This document shows positions 11,401-21,900 of a stretch of 64,000 nucleotides of DNA, piece after piece (within the stretch, counting starts at the first letter, position 1; the number at the start of each line of letters is the position of its first letter). Both the position numbers and the translations under genes were made by a program. Below the pieces are notes generated by a model, which had not been told where the DNA came from, did not search any database, and was given only the letters and a program-made list of their open reading frames with translations. The stretch comes from an uncultured virus (IMG/VR IMGVR_UViG_3300044646_001664). Taxonomy: Duplodnaviria > Heunggongvirae > Uroviricota > Caudoviricetes. The DNA lies in the IMG/VR virus record IMGVR_UViG_3300044646_001664; one strand, 5' to 3'.

Positions 11401-12100
11401 GAACATTGTTTCCAGACACTCCGTAGGCTGGTGAAGGAATTACTTGATCTGAAGTTAATGCTATTTCCGCTGGCATTGATATTGGGACAACCCCAAGTGA
11501 TTGATAATTAAATTCTTCAGACCATTGACCAACGCTGACTCCATTTATATAATACAAATAGTCAGAGGATGTTGCACCACCAGTTTGAGAAGTTATTTTT
11601 ATTACAACCCTAAGTGTTGTATTTTCACTGACTATTTCTGAAGTTTGTGAAACAAAAACCCAAGAATTTTCTGTAAGATTTTCATAAGTTTTTAATTTTT
11701 GGACTACACTTGCTGTTGTTGTGTCTGTGTATTCAAAACCAATAGATATAGAGTTTATGTGTACGCTGTCAACGTATATGTGAGCACCTACACAAAATGT
11801 ACCAAGATCTGCATTTAAGTCTGAAAAGTTTACTAACTCTGGGCTGATGCAAACAATATCTGCAGTTGCTCCTGCAGGAACAGTTCCTAATAGTTTATTT
11901 ACTTTTACTGTAGAAAATGGTGCGTCTACGTCTGATGTTTCTAAAGAGGCGGTTGCTCCACTTACCGTCCAAAAACTTTGAATATCCTGATAGTTTAAAT
12001 TAAATAAACTTATATAGTCAACAGTTTGATCCAAAGCCCATAGCGCCAGAGGATGCTCAGAAAATATCTTTTCTGCATATAAGTTAGACGGGTTGGCCAT
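8453..12100 (-). CDS. Large virion structural protein, possibly with LamG/concanavalin-like domains
   Basis: 1215 aa beta-rich; P.ALW.LD and YTVEFW motifs. Confidence 0.45.
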   Translation of the reverse strand: MANPSNLYAEKIFSEHPLALWALDQTVDYISLFNLNYQDIQSFWTVSGATASLETSDVDAPFSTVKVNKLLGTVPAGATADIVCISPELVNFSDLNADLGTFCVGAHIYVDSVHINSISIGFEYTDTTTASVVQKLKTYENLTENSWVFVSQTSEIVSENTTLRVVIKITSQTGGATSSDYLYYINGVSVGQWSEEFNYQSLGVVPISMPAEIALTSDQVIPSPAYGVSGNNVLDNAYHIVSDNSLFAKNTSIPLVYGASNITTLRANPSGEPSLIVPGKGFLNKVGQYKDYTVEFWARINSDSPTSKKIFGPIASEDGLYADNGFLTLVIGKNFSSHFVGEWFRPMLIQIRLIRNAASLILNGEEVISLTIETDNLELPEERNESNKSQDWLGFYAYNDITPIDIDCVAIYSYQVPINVAKRRWVYGQGVISPEGINSSYGGTSAFIDYSFADYTANYSYPDFAQWQQGSFDNLTTTTKVLRTPEYELPEIFLSDKTLTELYEDNKSIQNSVSGPIDDETFITFRPNSSWNTKTCYLNFDNFNILNTKVDCFYGVFSNHNLNSNQTLFKIYNSLNNNYFSIEQDQNVITYNLYYNDINQVIYTSEVIESHQLFSAGINIELLIETFGGNVSTFFGSRNSLKVYIGGDGSLSKTFLGKMYSVGFATTKNTTLISDYFNSDGIAIFDDMSVSGITEEENAIALFNHLSSYTLLPIENYDSYFLDIGVSGSWQDYLPLSYFAQFVTNDVGNQFYDLDFLQFNVGVPSPTSLIENETVSAWTYADLYQNYFQPTQQTYYQFDNQLLTGWNNYEDANQNAVKTYKYDTTDSAVRCYLTFQYIEDGANLLDSDFTITQPVLRDSIIDVDEYENWETTKFEVVNNAIVYPSKTVDFNDLAIVYHLEFKVRGILNKPILLNRLQLASQAFNDNSFNPVGTRFGVDLFPYKRSGIYYDYKSKNPFTIYKGTTPYLYLTKDSGIQVRGDILSLEDRGISLPINQALSSDYLVSAVQLWLRYSEDEFPPVPTELFEIIYKEDTFKFYIVADSDTGSRARVFAKSLSTGQIVDDFQYYWNGLEVREPILTSKEWGVLGIFFSTALNFDEFLGAININGPVLFNNVAYYQANNLQQIQGTVTRPWLRVKTEDAINFTWSYWQTNKTWYETLVIGSSNLYGVNPGDIYRAYLGTNKIIFDDESGLSVDSDKMQIYQAVTWSTTVASAL

Positions 12101-12135
12101 AGTTCTCCTATCCTCTTATTATAGCAGGATGAAGG

Positions 12136-14169
12136 CTAGTATAATTTAATTTCGCAAGCGTCTGTTGAGCAATACTTTTCAGACTCTGCGTCAAGATTAT
12201 CCTTGCCATCATAGATAGCGGACCAATCAATTTTACCAATTTTTCCAACGTAAGAGTTATATTCTTCTCTTGTAATATTTGTATATGGTTGTTGAGGATA
12301 AGTTTTATTACCCATCGGCAGAAATGAAACTGCCTTTAATTGACCTTCATACATGTGTAATGCTGGAGCAATATGCTTAGTCTCAGATTCCTTGTCAAAT
12401 GATAAAGTTACAGATACTCCATTGTCAGACCAATACTTTTGAGCGGTAGCAGCCAAACCAATCTTTTCAAAAAGACTTACATCTTTTTCAGAACGAGGAT
12501 GTCCAGATGCTACTGGGAAATATACTACTGAAGTGTTTGCAGATACTACGTCATCTTCAATTTTATACCCTGCCGCTTTAAATAAATGCACCATTGGATC
12601 TGTATTGCCAAACCTTATAGCACGAAGATAGAATTCTCCTCCTGGACCCCAATGAACTCCTGGTGTTGCACCAGATAATAGGGAAACAGATCCTGAAGGT
12701 TTGACGGTAGTTACACGAATTGACTCACGTACACATAGCCATTCTGAGTATGAGTGATCGTATGCACGAATCTTTTTATACCCTTCGTCCATCCACTCAC
12801 GAATTACTGGCATACCTTTTGTGTCTGCAAATGATGCAATACCAGTTAGAGATGTTCCAATACGACGATTACGTTGCATAATTCCATTTGTGGTTTGCCA
12901 ATGTGTTGGCATAAGTGTAACGGTCTTACCATATAGATATGCAAACTTTAGTGTACGAAGAAAATCTTCTTTGTCTTCATGACGGTTTAAATGAACTTCT
13001 ACAAGTGTGCATAACTCATAACTTTCTAATGGTTGTTCAGCGCAAGGATTAAATCCCATAACACGAGAATCTTTATAGTCTGCAGGATCTGCTAGTCTTC
13101 CATAATCTCTAGCAACGTCTAGCCAAATAAATCCTGGCTCACCATTGTCTGCAATTAAATTAACATAGTCTTCATATTTTGTTCCAACCTCTGCAGCAAT
13201 AGAATTATTAGACATCCATGCCCATCCTGGATTTTCTGAATCAAATGAGTTTCTGTCTGGAAAAACCTCTGCATTTTTTAAATTAATAAAATCTTTGTCT
13301 TCTGGTAATCCTAAAGCCAAGGTAGCAGAACGACGAACATTTCCAGAAACAACACATGTACCAATAAGGTTAACAATATCTACAATTGCACGAGAATCAA
13401 GTTTTTCTCCTGCTCTACCGCCGATTACTGCGTCTATCTTGTTATGTAGTGCAATGAGTGGTGCTGGACCGCTAGCAACCCCTCCAAAGCCTTTTATAGG
13501 GGCACCTAGAGGACGGATAAGGTCGTAGTTAAACTTTTGTATAGCCTGATTAGGACGTAGGTATGAGTTTAATAACATTCTTACAGAGTCTACCCAACCT
13601 TCACGAGTATCTGGAATTTCCCATACATTTTCTGGCTCTGTAGGAGCATTAATAGTGATTTCTTTGTCTTGACCGACGGTATCAAAACCTACACCTATAC
13701 CTAACATTAAAGCATCCATAACCCAAGCAAACAATGCTCCTGGATCATTACGATCAATATCACGAGTAGACACCATTGCACAGTTTTGTAGAGAAGCAGA
13801 GTTGCGCTTTTCCATAGTCATAGGAGTTCCAAATGCCCAAAGACCTCTACCTGGCGGAGTCCATTTTAAATTAAACATACGGTCATATGCTTCTTGAGCA
13901 GATTTTTGACTCTTGTTATCGTTCCACGGTAGACGATTATCTTTAGCGTGGTTTTTTTGTACTGAGTACATTCCTTCAATTACCCGCTTACAAACCTCAT
14001 GCCATCTTTCTTTTGTTCCGTCTTCTTTCATACGAGAGTATGTGCGTATAAACGTAATTTCTCCTAATGAATTAGAGCCTGCGTCTGAGAATCCAAAGGG
14101 TGCAGGAGTTAATGAGTACTTTGTTACAAAGTCCTCTGATAGACGAAATGAGAATACGCTTTCTGACAT
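12136..14169 (-). CDS. nrdJ: Class II (adenosylcobalamin-dependent) ribonucleotide reductase, monomeric RTPR type
   Basis: PPGRGLW, VSGNVRRSA, NPCAEQ.L...ELCTL, TTVKPSG.VS, C-terminal CSTDAC. Confidence 0.95.
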   Translation of the reverse strand: MSESVFSFRLSEDFVTKYSLTPAPFGFSDAGSNSLGEITFIRTYSRMKEDGTKERWHEVCKRVIEGMYSVQKNHAKDNRLPWNDNKSQKSAQEAYDRMFNLKWTPPGRGLWAFGTPMTMEKRNSASLQNCAMVSTRDIDRNDPGALFAWVMDALMLGIGVGFDTVGQDKEITINAPTEPENVWEIPDTREGWVDSVRMLLNSYLRPNQAIQKFNYDLIRPLGAPIKGFGGVASGPAPLIALHNKIDAVIGGRAGEKLDSRAIVDIVNLIGTCVVSGNVRRSATLALGLPEDKDFINLKNAEVFPDRNSFDSENPGWAWMSNNSIAAEVGTKYEDYVNLIADNGEPGFIWLDVARDYGRLADPADYKDSRVMGFNPCAEQPLESYELCTLVEVHLNRHEDKEDFLRTLKFAYLYGKTVTLMPTHWQTTNGIMQRNRRIGTSLTGIASFADTKGMPVIREWMDEGYKKIRAYDHSYSEWLCVRESIRVTTVKPSGSVSLLSGATPGVHWGPGGEFYLRAIRFGNTDPMVHLFKAAGYKIEDDVVSANTSVVYFPVASGHPRSEKDVSLFEKIGLAATAQKYWSDNGVSVTLSFDKESETKHIAPALHMYEGQLKAVSFLPMGNKTYPQQPYTNITREEYNSYVGKIGKIDWSAIYDGKDNLDAESEKYCSTDACEIKLY

Positions 14170-14385
14170 TTATTATTTACCTTTCATAGCAAAATTGAGT
14201 GAGTACTTCTTATTTTACGAAGTGGTCTTAAGTATATCACAAATTTAAAAAGAAAAACACGCTTAAAAAAATATGTAAATCTTTTGTTGAGGGTTAGTGC
14301 TTTTGTTTTTTTAAAGTCTATATGTTATTTATAATGCTTGTTTTTATGGTATAATTATAGAAAGTTTACCACAGCGGAGGTGCCT

Positions 14386-15042
14386 ATGAATAATGTTTGG
14401 ATAGTAGTTCCAGTTATTTCTAACGATATTGATTTAACATCATATGTTGATAGACTATCTGGCGGCTATACCGCCCCAGAAACATATGAAAAAACTGTTT
14501 TTAACCCTGAAACACAAGCAAGTGAAAAAGAAGATGTGGCTCATCCATATGCTGGTCAAGTGTCACATGATTTTTCAAATAAAATTATTTTTGTAAACAA
14601 AGTAGACGGGTACGGCGAGTATGAAGGCGTAGTTCATTTGGAAGATTTTAATGATATAGGCATATATCGTTATTGGAATACTGGACTAGAGTATGCTTTT
14701 GCAAATGGGGCAGACTCAGTAATCTTAACAAATGGTGTTTTTGAATTTGATCCATTTGTAATTAAAGAAGCATATGATGAATTTTCTAAGGGTGAATCAG
14801 AGGTTATAAATATCTCTGATGGGGCTATGTTGTTAGTTTCATCATCTTCTAGCCTACGTGCTGATGAGCAATTTCAAATATGGTTTGGTGATAATGATTT
14901 TTATCGTAGAGCAGAGCCTGTATTAGGATATTCTCGTTCAGAATATTTATGGGGAGATTATTTAATTGATTCTAGTTCTACCGAATCTTTTGATAGCATT
15001 GTTGCTTCTGATCAAGTAAAATATAATGCTAAGTGGAACTAA
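14386..15042 (+). CDS. GT2-like (GT-A fold) protein, divergent
   Basis: WIVVPV, WNTGL, DEQF..WFGDND motifs; GGAGGTG RBS before ATG 14386. Confidence 0.5.
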   Translation: MNNVWIVVPVISNDIDLTSYVDRLSGGYTAPETYEKTVFNPETQASEKEDVAHPYAGQVSHDFSNKIIFVNKVDGYGEYEGVVHLEDFNDIGIYRYWNTGLEYAFANGADSVILTNGVFEFDPFVIKEAYDEFSKGESEVINISDGAMLLVSSSSSLRADEQFQIWFGDNDFYRRAEPVLGYSRSEYLWGDYLIDSSSTESFDSIVASDQVKYNAKWN

Positions 15043-16003
15043 TTTTTTCAAACAATCTATTCCACTCTTTAGACCTTAAATCCCAAGAGTAATTTTCATT
15101 ATAAAAATCTGATTGTTTTTGTAATTTACTTTGTGTTTCTATAGACCAATAATTGTCAATCTCTTCATTTAGTGTTTTTGCATATGCTGGAATAAATGTT
15201 TCTGGTACCGCTTGCATTGGCATAAGCCTTGCATATTCTGATCCAGTTTCATATAATGCACCAAGATTAGTTGTAACCATACGACATCCCGCAGCACCAG
15301 CCTCAACCATAGCCAAACAACATGTTTCTTCAAACGTACTTGGGTATGCAAATATATGAGATTCTTGTAAGGCTTTTTTAATTACATCATTTGTAGCGTA
15401 TCCCATATAATTAACGTTTTTCATATTACGGGCTATTTCAAAATGTTCTTCGTATACCCCGTTTGTATGAGCCTCATATCCAGTTCCATACATCTTTGCT
15501 GATGAATAAATATCAAGTTCAACATCATCTCTATTTAGCATTTCAAATGCTGGCAAAAGCATGTCTAATCCACGAAATGGGGCAGAAGTATAAATTAACT
15601 TTATCTTGCCATCTTTTGTCTTAGGTTTAAACTCTATTGGGTCAATAGCATTTTTAATTACATATGCATTTTCAAGAGGGATTTTAAATATCCAGCGATA
15701 CTTTTCATGTTGCCAGTGAGAAATATATACAAATGAATTTATGGCATTCATAAATAAGGGATCTGTATATCCTGATCTTAACGATTCATCACTATGAGCC
15801 AAATGCTGCCATAGCAAATTCTTTTTTGTATATTTTACATTTTTAAAATATGGATTAGATAGCAAAAGGTTAATATCTTTATGCTGTGCTATATTAGTAT
15901 ATTTATATAGTCCAGATTTTAATATTTCTGTACCGCCCATTGGGGGCAAAGATTCTTCTACCACCCCAATATCGTTTTGTGGAACCTGCTGCAACCAATC
16001 CAT
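15029..16003 (-). CDS. Glycosyltransferase, GT4-like (GT-B)
   Basis: GGTE, YTS.P.RGL, YPSTFEETCCLAMVEA..AGC motifs; start MDWL after AGGAGA. Confidence 0.85.
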   Translation of the reverse strand: MDWLQQVPQNDIGVVEESLPPMGGTEILKSGLYKYTNIAQHKDINLLLSNPYFKNVKYTKKNLLWQHLAHSDESLRSGYTDPLFMNAINSFVYISHWQHEKYRWIFKIPLENAYVIKNAIDPIEFKPKTKDGKIKLIYTSAPFRGLDMLLPAFEMLNRDDVELDIYSSAKMYGTGYEAHTNGVYEEHFEIARNMKNVNYMGYATNDVIKKALQESHIFAYPSTFEETCCLAMVEAGAAGCRMVTTNLGALYETGSEYARLMPMQAVPETFIPAYAKTLNEEIDNYWSIETQSKLQKQSDFYNENYSWDLRSKEWNRLFEKISST

Positions 16004-16011
16004 GCTATCTC

Positions 16012-16734
16012 CTAATTGTAAGTTTTTTTCTGCCAAAACTGTTGTTTATATGAACGAACTATTTTTGATTTTAATAAGAAACCATTTTTACGATTTTCTT
16101 CTTCATCAAATTCTACAACATCGCTTTTCCAGTCTTCTCTCTTAAATGGAATAACCTGACAGATAGGAGTTCCCTTTTCAAGAATAAAAACATTTTTGTC
16201 AATTATGGAATCCAATAGTTGAAATGGAAACTCAACACCAAGTTTATACATATCAGTATCCACAACACCAGAAAATGTTCTAAATGGAAGATCGTGCCTG
16301 TTTGTTGGGTGCGTAAACAGACAACTATAGCCTTTTGGAGTAATAACTCTCCATCCTGGTCTCCACTTAAGAAGACTTGAAGAGCCACCAAATGGTCCTG
16401 GTAATCCTGGTGCTTGATCTGGTCCGTGTTGTCCTATAAGATTAATATTTGTTGCCCAACGAACATTAATCATTCCTTTATCATTTTTTCTAAACTCCAT
16501 ATCAAATGGTAATTCAAACATGTAGCCTGTACTTAAAGCGTCAAGAAAAGGAGAGCATCCCTTTAATGTTAAGTTACTAACTGCAACCCCATCTTTTGAT
16601 AAACCGTCTAATTTTTCTTCATCCATTCTTGTTGGCATATCTTTATACCATTGTGGAAGAGACTGAACTGCTGGCTTTGGACTTTCAAACAAAAGTTCTG
16701 TTTCTTTATCAAATGCTTCAAATTGTAATTTCAT
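16012..16734 (-). CDS. Conserved phage protein, DUF6065-like
   Basis: K.C.PFLDA...GY, TPKGYS.LF, SGVVDTD, KGTP..Q.IP motifs; distantly similar to 32567..33283. Confidence 0.45.
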   Translation of the reverse strand: MKLQFEAFDKETELLFESPKPAVQSLPQWYKDMPTRMDEEKLDGLSKDGVAVSNLTLKGCSPFLDALSTGYMFELPFDMEFRKNDKGMINVRWATNINLIGQHGPDQAPGLPGPFGGSSSLLKWRPGWRVITPKGYSCLFTHPTNRHDLPFRTFSGVVDTDMYKLGVEFPFQLLDSIIDKNVFILEKGTPICQVIPFKREDWKSDVVEFDEEENRKNGFLLKSKIVRSYKQQFWQKKTYN

Positions 16735-17438
16735 TATTTATTTTCCTGTGGATAATTTTTTTGTAAAACATCCATCCAATGAAGTTTAAATGTTTTTTGA
16801 TGAGTTACTCTAACTTTGGGATCCGCCCAAATTTCAAAACCAGAATTAATGGCTTTTGTGCACCAAGAAAGATCTTCACCAATAAGTATAAACTCAGGAT
16901 TTGTGTCTTTGTTTTCATCTGTATTGGGTATTGCTACTGGGCCAAACCAAGGTCTTGGCATTTTTTCAAATACTCCTTGTTTAACGGCTAGGAACCCAAA
17001 TCCAGCCCCAGCAACTTTGAATGGCTCATTCTTATCAAGGAGCATTTGTTCTGGCATCATTCCGCCTCTAGGCTGATTATAAATAGGAACGTGGCGATCT
17101 TCCATTAAATAGCATCCAGAAATAATATCTTTTTCAGAATTATATAATGCAAAAAAGTCTGATGGCTCCCACTCAATATCTGAATCAATCCAAATAATTT
17201 TGTCGTAAGTCCATTCACCACTACATGGCTCTGTCATATTTATATTATTTGTATCCCAGCCACCAATTGTACACTCACGGGCCATTGCAACTAAAGATCC
17301 ACCTTGATTTAAAAAGTTCCAAGATAAGCCTTCTTCATTTAGTATGTATGTTGTTTTAAGAATACTTCTCATATATCCAGGAGTAAATCCATTTCCTGGA
17401 GTAGCGATTACTACATTAAAATGTGGCTTATTTGCCAT
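16734..17438 (-). CDS. Glycosyltransferase, GT-A fold
   Basis: IATP, WIDSDI (DxD), GFGF, GEDLSWC. Confidence 0.8.
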   Translation of the reverse strand: MANKPHFNVVIATPGNGFTPGYMRSILKTTYILNEEGLSWNFLNQGGSLVAMARECTIGGWDTNNINMTEPCSGEWTYDKIIWIDSDIEWEPSDFFALYNSEKDIISGCYLMEDRHVPIYNQPRGGMMPEQMLLDKNEPFKVAGAGFGFLAVKQGVFEKMPRPWFGPVAIPNTDENKDTNPEFILIGEDLSWCTKAINSGFEIWADPKVRVTHQKTFKLHWMDVLQKNYPQENK

Positions 17439-18099
17439 AGTTATCTAACCTTACCTTTACTTTTTTATAATGCGACAAACTTACTGTAGGATCTAAGTAT
17501 ATCTTAAATCCTGCTTTCTGTGCTTTTTTGCACCAAGAAAAATCTTCTCCGTAAGGAATAAAAATTTCTTTTTCCCCATCTTCTGAAGTCATTTTTTCAA
17601 ATACTGACTCAAACCATGGTCTTTTTATATTTTCAAATACGCCTTGTTTCATTGCTATAAAACCAAATCCTGCAGCAAAAATTTCTTCTTCCTTATTGCT
17701 TTTTAAAATTTTATCAATTTCTGTTGCTGCATCTTCTACTGCTACAGAAAACATTGGTACCATTTTTTCATTAAAATATAAACCAGAAACAATATCTTTA
17801 TCAGATTCATATATTTTCATAAAGTCTGTTATTTCCCATCCAATATCAGAATCAATCCAAAAAATTTTATCATATGTTACTTGTCCACGAACTGGGCTAT
17901 TATTAAAAGGATCGAGATATTGATCCCCCATTGCTGTTGCTTCTCTAGCGGTACTAACCATAGATGAATATTCATTTAAGAACATATATGAAATACCTAC
18001 TTGATTTAGATATGAAATAGTTTGTATTAGACTTTTTACATATTCTGCTTCCATATTTCTACCAGGAGTAGCGATAAGAATATTTACATGTGGATTCAT
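17428..18099 (-). CDS. Glycosyltransferase, GT-A fold (tandem paralog)
   Basis: IATP, WIDSDI, GFGF, GEDFSWC; TAATG-coupled to the sulfotransferase. Confidence 0.8.
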   Translation of the reverse strand: MNPHVNILIATPGRNMEAEYVKSLIQTISYLNQVGISYMFLNEYSSMVSTAREATAMGDQYLDPFNNSPVRGQVTYDKIFWIDSDIGWEITDFMKIYESDKDIVSGLYFNEKMVPMFSVAVEDAATEIDKILKSNKEEEIFAAGFGFIAMKQGVFENIKRPWFESVFEKMTSEDGEKEIFIPYGEDFSWCKKAQKAGFKIYLDPTVSLSHYKKVKVRLDNYGK

Positions 18100-18914
18100 T
18101 AGTTTCTCCAAAATTCTTGACCAGAATATTTATTTATTACATATTCAGATAATAGTTCTTGTTTATTTATATTTCGACGGGATATAGAAGATCTTACATC
18201 ATGTTGTCCTATAAGTCCATAGACATTATCATCTTCTTTAATGTTGTTTGCTATATTTGAATAATCATGGGTAAATCTTTCAATACCGTAAAAATCATAA
18301 ATCTTGTTAATTTCTTCTTCTGGATTTGCTATTAAATCATCGTATTCTACAAAATGGAAATACTTTCTGTTGTCTGGATGCATTGCAAATGCTATACCAT
18401 ATAAGCAGTTATCAATAATGCCTTTTGGTCTCATTAAACTATCACACCTAATATCATCTGCTGGACGGTAAAAATTAAATTCCTGTCTTGTCTGTATTTC
18501 AGAATCAATAAAATTATTTTTATTTGGATTTTTCTTAACTAGACTTATAAATGATGCAAGGATATCTGTTATTCCTCTTATTGGTAGTATTATTTTTGGT
18601 TCATATCCAAGATTTCTTTGCAATACCCCGAAATGTTCAGGCATTGACCATTCTCTTGATTTATCAATAATGATAGGTTTATTTGTATCAGAGTAGTATC
18701 CTTCTAATACCCCCATAATTGTATTTGGCATTACTACAGGTTTGGGATATGCAGAGTATTGTTCTGATGCCAAAATACTACGTTCTAAATTAAATATCAT
18801 TCCACACATAGGTGAATTTGCTGATGAATAAATATCAGGATTTTGATTTAATATAGATGATATTAGAGTACTACCAGATCTTGGAAGACCTGCCATAAAA
18901 TAAAAATTTTTCAT
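18099..18914 (-). CDS. Sulfotransferase family protein
   Basis: GLPRSGSTL PAPS-binding loop, IIDKSR.W, YDDL..NP. Confidence 0.85.
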   Translation of the reverse strand: MKNFYFMAGLPRSGSTLISSILNQNPDIYSSANSPMCGMIFNLERSILASEQYSAYPKPVVMPNTIMGVLEGYYSDTNKPIIIDKSREWSMPEHFGVLQRNLGYEPKIILPIRGITDILASFISLVKKNPNKNNFIDSEIQTRQEFNFYRPADDIRCDSLMRPKGIIDNCLYGIAFAMHPDNRKYFHFVEYDDLIANPEEEINKIYDFYGIERFTHDYSNIANNIKEDDNVYGLIGQHDVRSSISRRNINKQELLSEYVINKYSGQEFWRN

Positions 18915-18961
18915 ATTACCCCCGTAATATCTATTATAGCAGAGAGATATTTTTTTTCAAA

Positions 18962-21900
18962 TTATGCAAGTTCAATATCAGTTAAATTATAATTAGATAT
19001 TGGTAATGTCAATGCTTGAGTAGTCCATGTAGCACCATCAGTTGATACATATATGCCTAGGTTTTCATTTACTGTTGAGGTATTTATGTCTCCTGATCCT
19101 GAAATTGCTGTCCATAGGTTGTTGCCATAGGCTACTGAAAATATATCATTTACAAAGTTTAAGGTTTTGGTAGTCCAGGTTACTCCATCGGTTGAAGTTC
19201 TTAGGGCTCCAAAATTGCCACCTGCTACCCAAATACTGTTTCCGTAGGCTATTGATCGTATAGTTCCACTTCCAAAGTTTGAAGTTTGTGTGGTCCAGGT
19301 TGTGCCATCTGTTGAGGTACGGAGTGTGCCTGAAATTCCACCTGCTATCCAGAGGTTATTTCCGTAGGCTACTGATATTATACGTGTAGTTCCAAAGTTA
19401 GAGGTGCGTGTAGTCCAGGTTATGGCATCGGTTGAGGTGCGCAATTGGCCTCCATCCCCACCTGCTATCCAAAGGCTGTTGCCGTAGGCTGCTGACCATA
19501 TAGTGGTATTTCCAAAGTTAGAGGTTTGGGTAGTCCAGGTAGTGCCGTCTGTTGAGGTACGGAGTTGTCCTGTATAGCCAGTTGCTACCCAAAGGCTGTT
19601 GCCGTAGGCTACTCTTTGTATTTGTGTATTTCCAAAGTTAGAGGTGCGTGTGGTCCAGGTTGTTCCATCCGTTGAGGTACGTAACTGGCCTGTATTTCCA
19701 CCTGCTATCCAAAGATTGTTTCCGTAGTCTACTGAGTTTATCTGTGTATTACCAAAGTTAGAGGTGCGTGTGGTCCAGGTTGTTCCGTTTGTTGATGTAC
19801 GGACTTGTCCTGAACCACCACCTGCTACCCACAGGTTATTGCCGTAGGCTACTGATGTTATAAAAGTATTGCCAAAGTTGGAGGTTTGTGTTACCCATCT
19901 ATTTGGTGTTTTTCCATCTACATATATTGAATAAGTGTTATTATAAGAATTTACTTTTTCTACCCAACCCAAAACTCCTGTTCTAGTTGAGGCATATGTA
20001 GAATTTGATGTATTAAATGTATAAAATATTCCTTGATCTGATGCTAATATATCTGTGTTTATTGATGTAATAATTGGTGATATTGATGGGGTGTAGGAAA
20101 TTCGTAGTTGTCCTGCCTCACCACCTATTGCCCATAGGTTGTTGCCGTAGGCTACTGAGTTTATAACGGTACTTCCAAAGTTAGAGGTTTGGGTAGTCCA
20201 GGTTATGGCATCTATTGAGGTACGTAACTGGCCTGCATCTCCAACTATTGCCCAAAGGTTGTTAGCGTAGGCTACTGAGTTTATAGTTGTAGCACCAAAG
20301 TTAGAGGTGCGGGTGGTCCAAGTTATTGCATCAGTTGAGGTGCGGAGATTGCCTGCCTCACCACCTGCTACCCAGAGGTTGTTGCCGTAGATTATTTTGT
20401 TTATAAGTGAAGCACCAAAGTTTGAGGTTTGGGTGGTCCACGTTATAGCGTCTGTTGAGGTGCGGAGTTGTCCTGAATATCCACCTGCTATCCAAAGGCT
20501 ATTACTATAGACTGCTGTGCGTATACCTGAAGTTCCAAAGTTTGAGGTTTGGGTGGTCCATGTTATTGTATCTGTTGAGGTACGGAGTTGTCCTGAACCA
20601 CCAACTGCTACCCAGAGGTTATTTCCGTAGGCTATTTCGTTTATAAGTGAAGCACCAAAGTTTGAGGTTCTGGTAGTCCATGTTATTGCATCTGTTGAGG
20701 TGCGTAGTTGGCCATTAGCCCCTCCTATTACCCAAAGGTTGTTGTTATGGGCTAATGCAAATATACTGTCAACAGCAGAAAAGTTAGAGGTTTGGGTAGT
20801 CCATGTTATTGCATCTGTTGAGGTGCGTAGTGTGCTAAAGATTCCACTTGCTACCCACAGGTTATTGCCGTAGGCTATGTCTCTTATAGCAAGGTTTCCA
20901 GAAATATTTGAAGTTTGAGTAGTCCATTGCAAATTTTGAATGGTATATGAAATTAAATTATTACTAGTAACAAAATTATTATCTGCTATTAATCCAAATG
21001 CTGTATTTCCAAATGCAGATATTGACTTTATATTGTTGAATAATGGTGTTACGGTTGAGGTGCGGACTTGGCCTGCACTACCGCCTGCTACCCAAAGGCT
21101 GTTGCCGTAGGCTACTGATTGTATACGTGTATTTCCAAAGTTAGAGGTTTGGGTATCCCAGGTTGTGCCATCTGTTGAGGTACGGAGTGTGCCTGTGTAG
21201 CCAACTGCTATCCATAGGCTGTTGGCGTAGGCTATTGACTCTATGCGTGTAGTTCCAAAGTTGGAGGTGCGTGTGGCCCAGGTTATGGCATCTGTTGAGG
21301 TACGAATTCGGCCATATACTCCACCTGCTACCCAAAGGTTGTTGCCATAGGCTACTGAGAATATAGTTGTTCCAAAGTTGGAGGTGCGGGTGGCCCAGGT
21401 TATGGCATCTGTTGAGGTACGTATTTGGCTTCCAGTACCACCTGCTACCCACAGGTTATTGCCGTAGGCTATTGCATATATATTTGAGGTTCCAAAGTTG
21501 GAGGTTTGGGTGGTCCAAGTTGTGCCATCGGTTGAGGTGCGGATTTGTCCTGTATAGCCGCCTGCTACCCAAAGGCTGTTGCCGTAGGCTATTGATTGTA
21601 TCTCTGTATTACCAAAGTTAGAGGTGCGGGTGGTCCAGGTTATGGCATCTGTTGAGGTGCGGAGTTGTCCTGTATTACCACCTGCTATCCATAGGCTGTT
21701 GGCGTAGGCTACTGATTGTATAAAAGAGGTTCCAAAGTTTGAGGTACGAGTGGTCCAGGTTATGGCATCTGTTGAGGTACGGAGTGTGCCTGAACTACCA
21801 CCTACTACCCACAGGTTATTGCCGTAGGCTACTGATGTTATAAAAAAGTTTCCAAAGTTAGAGGTGCGGGTGGTCCAAAAAATTCCTGCCTGATACAAAC

